Under the pieces are notes generated by a model, which saw only the letters and a list, made by a program, of their open reading frames with translations, did not search any database and was not told the DNA's origin. Source: Felis catus (Eukaryota). Taken from it: 64,000 bases of DNA. How positions within the stretch are numbered: the first letter of the stretch is position 1; each line of letters opens with the position of its first letter. The translations under genes were made by a program, and so were the position numbers. The DNA is taken from assembly GCF_018350175.1 (NCBI RefSeq), contig NC_058368.1, forward strand, positions 178,686,001-178,750,000. Direction: 5' to 3'. Shown one piece after another: positions 57,837 through 64,000 of the stretch.

Positions 57837-59589
57837 GAAGGTGGTAACTTCCGACTGCCAGCTGGCAAGACAGAAAAAGGGCGCATTCCAGGCAGGATTC
57901 TGTGTGTCCAAAGGCTCTGTGGTAGGAAGCAGAGAGTTTGTTCTCTAACACACTACCTGGTTGAAGGCTGGTGGAAAATGAGCAGTGGGGTGGGAAGTGT
58001 AAGCAATGAAGTAGAAATGGTGTGCAGAAACCAGTCCTTAGTGTGCATCAAAGGACTTTGAATTTGTCCAGAAAACCTGCCTCCGAAAGATCTTCTGAGC
58101 AGTGTCTAAGGTGACTTGGAGATAGCACAGATATGGCATGTGGTTAATCCCCAGAGACACTGGGGCTCTCTGAAAACTGCAGTGTATGGGTCTCCCGTGA
58201 GCATCACAGTGCCATGTATAGAGTGCCTGGAGCACCACTGTCTGCCTTAGAAGTCCTATTTCAGGAAAAGTGCTATGTTTTATTTCGAGATCCACAGTGT
58301 CTGGACATAGTAGGTGCTCAATAATAGCTAATTGAGTGAATGGATTCCAGTCTCACATGTACCTCTTACCACCACCCCTGGCCATCCATCCATTGCCCTA
58401 GCATCACCTCTCTGGACTCACTCGGCACTCTAGATGCTCACCCATCCCTTTCCACCCCAGTAGAACAGAGAAGTAGTTAGGCCATGGGGTTTAGACAGAC
58501 TTGGGGTCAAATCCTGGCTTGACTGCCTGATTATTGTGTGATATTGAGCAAGACAGTTAACCCCTATGAGACTCTGTTTTCCCATTCCCCCAAAGAGCTA
58601 CCTAGTTCCCAGGGCTGTGCAGAAGATTCAATAAGCTAATGTTCATAGCAAGCCCTTCAAAGGAAAGGAAGATGTCCCTGTCTGGTCTTGGTCCACCTGC
58701 CACCACCCACAACAGAACAGAATTGACCAGAAGGGTAGAAGCACAAGCTGTGGAAATTAGCAAAGGGTATCTCTCCCTCACGTGCCTCATACCAAAGGCT
58801 GGCGTTCTCCAAAGCTGGTAGTAATCTGTAAACTAATCCAAGAGAAGAGTATATACTCCGAGATCACTCAGGGATAAGCTCGAGTCTTCTCTGCAATGAC
58901 TACGGTGACTCATGAATCATGGAGAGAGATGCCCACTACTCTGTCCTTCCCACCACATATGCCAACCGTGACTTGACAAACATTCCCTGCATCTCCAGCA
59001 TGAAAAGAGCTTCTCACTCACTGGAGTGTGATGTTTAATTTGAAAATACAACCTGAGATGATAAGGATGGGAAGATCTAGATAGCTCCAGAAGCCAGGAC
59101 TCAATCAAATACTTCTAATTTTGAAAGAAGCTCTCTGAACGACTTTTCTCAGAACACTAAGACTAAAGGAGCTGGTTATCTCTCCCTATCTCCTCTCCCA
59201 TCCCCAGCCAAGGCATTCCCAGGATCCCTGGCTTGAGGGGAGTGATTCAGGTGTCTGGACTACCACCAGGGTCTTCCTTGGGCCAGCAGGTGGGCCCAAG
59301 GGTGATCCAGATGCCTTCAGGGATCCAACAGGGACAGGAGAAAGTCAATCCCCCATGGGCTTCTGCATTCCAGACATATATTAAATATCAAATAATGGAT
59401 GATGTTAAAACTCTCAGGATGTTAGACACACAGTCAAACCAAATACATGTGCAAGTTGCTTAGGAAGATGCTTAAAGATCCCACTTGGAATGGAAGAGGC
59501 TGTATTCAAATCCCAATTTTTCCCCCTACTTATCACCCAACTTTGGAATATTGATTGGGATTAAGATAATGTGCAAATTAGTAATAAAT

Positions 59590-60017
59590 AGTGTCATCTA
59601 AGTAAGATAGAAGTAAAAATTCAATTATCAACAGTCCATGGTTGATATGGTAGTCTTTGGTGCTGAGGACTTAGGCTCTGACATGCATGAATCCTCCCAA
59701 GGTTACCTCATAGGCCAATATGGATGCTTAAGCTCCTGCCATCATGCCCACATTCTAGTTGACAGGAAGAGGCAAGGAAGGAGACAGGGAAGCCCCTGCC
59801 CCATCCTCCTTTTAAGAACACTTCCTGGCATTGCACATACCACCTCAACTTAAATCCCATTGGCCAGCTTTAGTCATCTGGCCACATCTATATAAAAGGG
59901 AAGCTGGGCAATGTCATTATTCTGGTTGTCCATGTGTCCAGATAACAACTGGAGAGTACAGACCTAAGGAACTAGCAAATAGCATGTATTGAGGGACAAA
60001 TAGCAGCCTGTGCCACC
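59590..60017 (-). mobile_element. MLT1J-like MaLR solo LTR, apparently splitting a MIR
   Basis: atcccattggccag...gtcatctggccacatcta...aagggaagctggg...gggacaaatagcagcctgtgccac; MIR-like pieces on both sides. Confidence 0.75.
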
Positions 60018-60019
60018 AT

Positions 60020-60170
60020 TGGGAAAAATCACTTCCTTTTTCTGATATCCATTTTATTCATTTGTAAAATGGAGTTAGTAGTAGTATTCCTCGGGTCATT
60101 AGAAGAATTCACCGAGATTTTGTAAAGTGCTTAGAATACGGTGCTTAGAATACGGTGAGCGCTCAATATC
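60020..60170 (+). mobile_element. MIR 3' half
   Basis: tcatttgtaaaatggag...tgtaaagtgcttagaa...gcgctcaata. Confidence 0.75.
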
Positions 60171-61477
60171 TTTCAAGAAATATTAGTGTTCTTGTGACAC
60201 ATGACTCTTGCCTTTGAATATCTACAATAAGAAGCAGAGGGGCTGTGCTTTCAAAACCCAACCCAGGCTGTATTCAAGCCCACTCTGGATGGACTTAATG
60301 TCATGTTACCTCACTGGCAACACCTGGTTTGAACGGGGAGCAGAGAGGATGCTCACAGGGGGATCAGCTGTAGGTATTGTCATTATCCCTATTTTATAGA
60401 TCAGTGTACCCAGGCTCACAAAGGTGGATGGGCATATGCAAGGTCATCTAGTTAAGTAACAGAAAGTGCTAGAATTTGAACTCAATCTTCTTCCCTGGGC
60501 CTGGCTCCTAACCACTACACCGCACTGCCACTCTTGTATGAATGCCCATGGACATTTTCTTGGGAAGTGTCTCTCATGCTGCAGGGACCCATAGCCGACC
60601 CTGTGTGCTCCAGCAGGATGCTCCTTGGACACTCCAGCCTGGGGATGAACTTGGTGGCCCCATCCACATCCTCTGGGAAGCTCTGCAATCCCAGGGCTGC
60701 AGGGGAAGCTGGGCTTCAGTGGGATAGGAGTTTCTTTCTGGCAGTCACCCTCCACACTCCTCAGTACCACAGCGCTGCAGTGAAGGGCTTGTGCAGGTCC
60801 CAGCCTGTGCTCTGGGTGACGTCGCTGTGTTTTACTTTTTCACAACCACTACCAGTGGGTGCCCATCCAGTGCCGAGGCTGTGATTGGGGTTCCGGGTTG
60901 GCCGACATACCCAGAAAGAACCACAATTGCTCGGGGCCTTCCATGTCCAGCAGCCAGGGAAGCCAAGCCAAGGAGTACTGCCAAACCTACCTCCAATTCT
61001 GCCCACAGGGAGGAATTGGTGACAACAGGGCTCCCTCTGCCTTCTCCTGAGCTTTGGACACTAGTGTCTGGGGACCTAATACAGAGGATCCAGGACCTGG
61101 CCCTCCTTGCAGCTGTGCCTTAGAAAGTTCTAGAAGTGCAAGGTGGTGGGTAGAGGAACTGTAGGGATGTAGAGAGAGGTCAGCATCTAAGAGTCTGTCT
61201 TTGGGCTCTTATCCTCACAGTATCTCCTCACTGCTCAGGCCGGCTGAAGAATAGGGGCCAAGATGGGGAGAGAAAAGGGAAGTCCCAGGGAACTGGGGAA
61301 ACTGAGGCTGAGTATCGACCAAGGCTCCAGTCTTAGAAGTCACCTTGGAGGGTTTAGATTTTACCCCAGGAGGATGGGGAATTAAAGGTAGGTTTAAGCA
61401 GAAGGGATAAGTGGGGTATGATTCAACTAGTGTTCTAGAAAGATCTCTGAAGCAGTGTACAGGTCGATACCAAAATC

Positions 61478-61586
61478 TGTATGAGTCAGGGTCCTCCAGA
61501 GAAATAGAACCAACTGGAGACACACGTATCTATGTATATATAACCTGTATATATATATATAACCTGTATATATGTTATATAAAACC

Positions 61587-61619
<33 letters not shown>

Positions 61620-61648
61620 ATATATATATATATATATATACACACAAC

Positions 61649-61697
<49 letters not shown>

Positions 61698-61714
61698 CTG
61701 TGTGTGTGGGGGGT

Positions 61715-61758
<44 letters not shown>

Positions 61759-61931
61759 TATACATGTATATACATATATATATGGGTTAAAACTTATAGG
61801 TATATAAGGAGAGAGAAAGAAAGATTTCTTTCAAGGACTTGCTCACAGGATCATGGGGGCTGGCGAGTCTGAACTCTGAAGGGCAGGCTAGCAGGCTGGA
61901 AGCTCGGTCAGGAGTTGACGTTGCAGTCTTG
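61478..61931 (-). mobile_element. MLT2 (ERVL) LTR fragment containing an expanded TA microsatellite
   Basis: tgtatgagtcagggtcctccagagaaatagaaccaa...gggggctggcgagtctgaa...gggcaggctagcaggctggaa...gttgcagtcttg. Confidence 0.85.
61528..61782. repeat. Complex (TA)n/(TG)n microsatellite
   Basis: Several (TA)n runs and a (TG)n run punctuated by five aacctg motifs. Confidence 0.95.
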
Positions 61932-62579
61932 GGGCAGGGAGACATCACCAATATGCTATGATGTGTGCCCAGAGACCTCTGGGGGATCTAGGGTAGGCCA
62001 TGCCCCTGAGCTGTGGGATGGTTTCTGCCCAAAGCTGACCTTGGTCTGGGCTTGTCTTCTCCTGTGTCAGCACTTCCCCTGCACTGCACCCCAGAAGCCA
62101 TCAATGTATCTGTCCAATCTGAATTGTAGACTTCTTGAAGGCAGAGGCTGTGCCTTATATCAGGGCACACTACATTAACACAATGCCTGGTTCATAGGAG
62201 GTGCTGAATACATACGAAAGAATTCATGAATTTCCACCCAGAACCCACACCTGTGTCATGTGTATTTCTCACCGTCTCCTATCCTCCTCCCTTCTGGGCC
62301 TACTGGACACTCCTGAGCCCACCTGTAAGACAGAGGTGCTTACAGGCCGTGGGGTATGGCCCTGGGGCTGAATTGTGGTTCTGACATTCACATGCAACCT
62401 GTATATAAATAAGGTTTGATGAACTGATCAACTGATTCATTCTTTTTTTTTTTTTTTTTTTTCACATGCCTATTCATTAAACTTTTGTATCTAGGTAAGC
62501 CAGATTCAGGTGCTGGATTCACACAACAGAGACCAGCTATGATCTCTGATCTTAACAAGGTCACCACCTGGGCAGGGGA

Positions 62580-62582
<3 letters not shown>

Positions 62583-62616
<34 letters not shown>
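62583..62616. repeat. (CA)17 microsatellite
   Basis: Seen directly; lies within a probable antisense L2 relic. Confidence 0.95.
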
Positions 62617-62618
<2 letters not shown>

Positions 62619-63810
62619 GTAATAATAAAACAATGCATCTTGAGGACAGTGATGGGAGAGGTAAGCACAGGGTGTTAAGGGAGCATGGGGAGGGACACCT
62701 CAGCCAGTTGGAAGGAGGCATCTGGCTTCTGCTGGAGGGGAGAGCTGAGCCGAGCCTGACTGTTGTGTAAGAGTCTCAAGGTGGAGAGCAGAATGAAGCT
62801 GGCAGGGAGAAAGCAACCCAGGAAAATAGTCTGGCCAGGGCAGCCCTGGAGCCCAGCAGACTGCAAGGCAGAGATTTCTCAATAGAGCAATCCCTTGGCA
62901 CTCCTGCTGGGAATTGAGTTATATTTCTTCCCCAGGCTTTTCAGCATCCAGGCCACCTGCTCATCTGGTTCTTGCCATAAAGAATTCACCCCGTGCCAGG
63001 CTGCAATGAGACCTTCCTCCCCTCCTCCTTTCTTCCTCTCCCCCTGGCTTGGCACATATCTAGTTCTGGGAGGCTGAACCAATGGGGAGAGACTGGGTGA
63101 GTGGCTGAGGAAGCCAGGAAGGACAGTGGGACAACCTCAGCAAGCTTGCTGTCTGCAGATGCCAGGCCTTGTAATCCACAGAAATCCACACCTGTCCAGT
63201 GCAGGCTTAGGTGTTCTCCCTTGCTCTTCCCATCTGTAAAATGGAGCTAGACAATCACATTCCAATTAGGTGAGAGCTCATCAGCCATTTTATGCCCTGA
63301 GCGCAGCACAGAACTGACCCAGGGGAGCACTGAATGTATTTGTTGAATAAATGAAAGGCCGGAGAAGACAGATACTAAACATGTGATTGCAAGTGGCGAT
63401 CTGCTTTCCCTAGGCAAAGCAGACCAGGAGGAGGCTGCTTGCTTTTAGGATCTCCTGAGGTGTAGGAGTGGTTTTGCTTATTTTCTCCTTGGGGCAGAGG
63501 CTGTGTCTTAGGGGACCCAGCAAACGGCCTGGAAAACCCAGTGAACATTTATTAAATGACCACCATATGCCAGCTGCTGTGTTTAGGCCCCTGTTGAGCG
63601 GGCTTTCTCTTGTACTTTTCACCACGGCCTCTCGCACAGTTGAGGGCCCTGAGGCACTTACATAACTGGTGCTCCTCAGACATTTATAGTTAGATCAAAT
63701 CACTCGGTTTGATTTAGACCAGAGATTATAAAAGGATTTCATTTCATGGGCCAGCATCTCCTTGTATGGGTCAATTAATTTGAATGCTACACTGAGAGAG
63801 ATTCTGTGGC

Positions 63811-63935
63811 TGTAGTGGGCTAAATTGTGGCCTCTAAAATGATAGGTCCATGTCCTAACCCTTGGAGCCATGAATAGGATCTTACTGGAAAGTAAATGTT
63901 GAAAAAAAAATTTGGAAAATTAAATTCTCAGATGA
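63811..63935 (+). mobile_element. MLT1 (B/C/D-like) LTR 5' part
   Basis: tgtagtgggctaaattgtggcctctaaaatgataggtccatgtcctaacccttggagcc. Confidence 0.7.
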
Positions 63936-64000
63936 GGGGCGCCTGGGTGGCTCAGTCAGTTGGGAGGCCAACTTCGGCTCAGGTCACGATCTCGCGGTCC
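63936..64000 (+). mobile_element. Felid Can-SINE 5' part (cut by the window end)
   Basis: ggggcgcctgggtggctcagtcagttg...ggctcaggtcacgatctcgcggtcc. Confidence 0.93.

Noticed and set aside
61411..61872. YIYIYI / CVCVCV-rich ORFs
   Set aside because: Translations of (TA)n and (TG)n microsatellites.

Overview
This 64 kb window is eukaryotic, non-coding mammalian genomic DNA, almost certainly from a cat-family (Felidae) genome. It carries 19 tRNA-derived carnivore SINEs (Can-SINE/SINEC_Fc type), many with clear target-site duplications (TSDs), and a short felid-type L1 3' end. These sit on a background of ancient eutherian repeats: MIR, L2, L1M, MLT1/MLT2 and ERVL solo LTRs, and hAT DNA transposons (MER20, MER5A, MER91A, Charlie1). 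Several microsatellites are also present. I recognise no protein-coding gene, RNA gene, CRISPR array or intact mobile-element ORF; the supplied ORFs look like chance, repeat-derived or low-complexity frames. The region is intronic or intergenic. I found no convincing novel biological system. The most interesting observations are: two SINEs plus a 37-bp spacer enclosed by one shared TSD (43959-44485); a SINE nested in a SINE; a tailless SINE; a strong SINE strand bias (15 of 19 on minus); a 27-bp near-perfect palindrome; a few splice-site-bounded exon candidates; and motif clusters (homeodomain, GATA+octamer, CTCF) in non-repeat sequence. Repeat family names come from remembered consensus sequences, not a database search, and the boundaries of old repeats are approximate.
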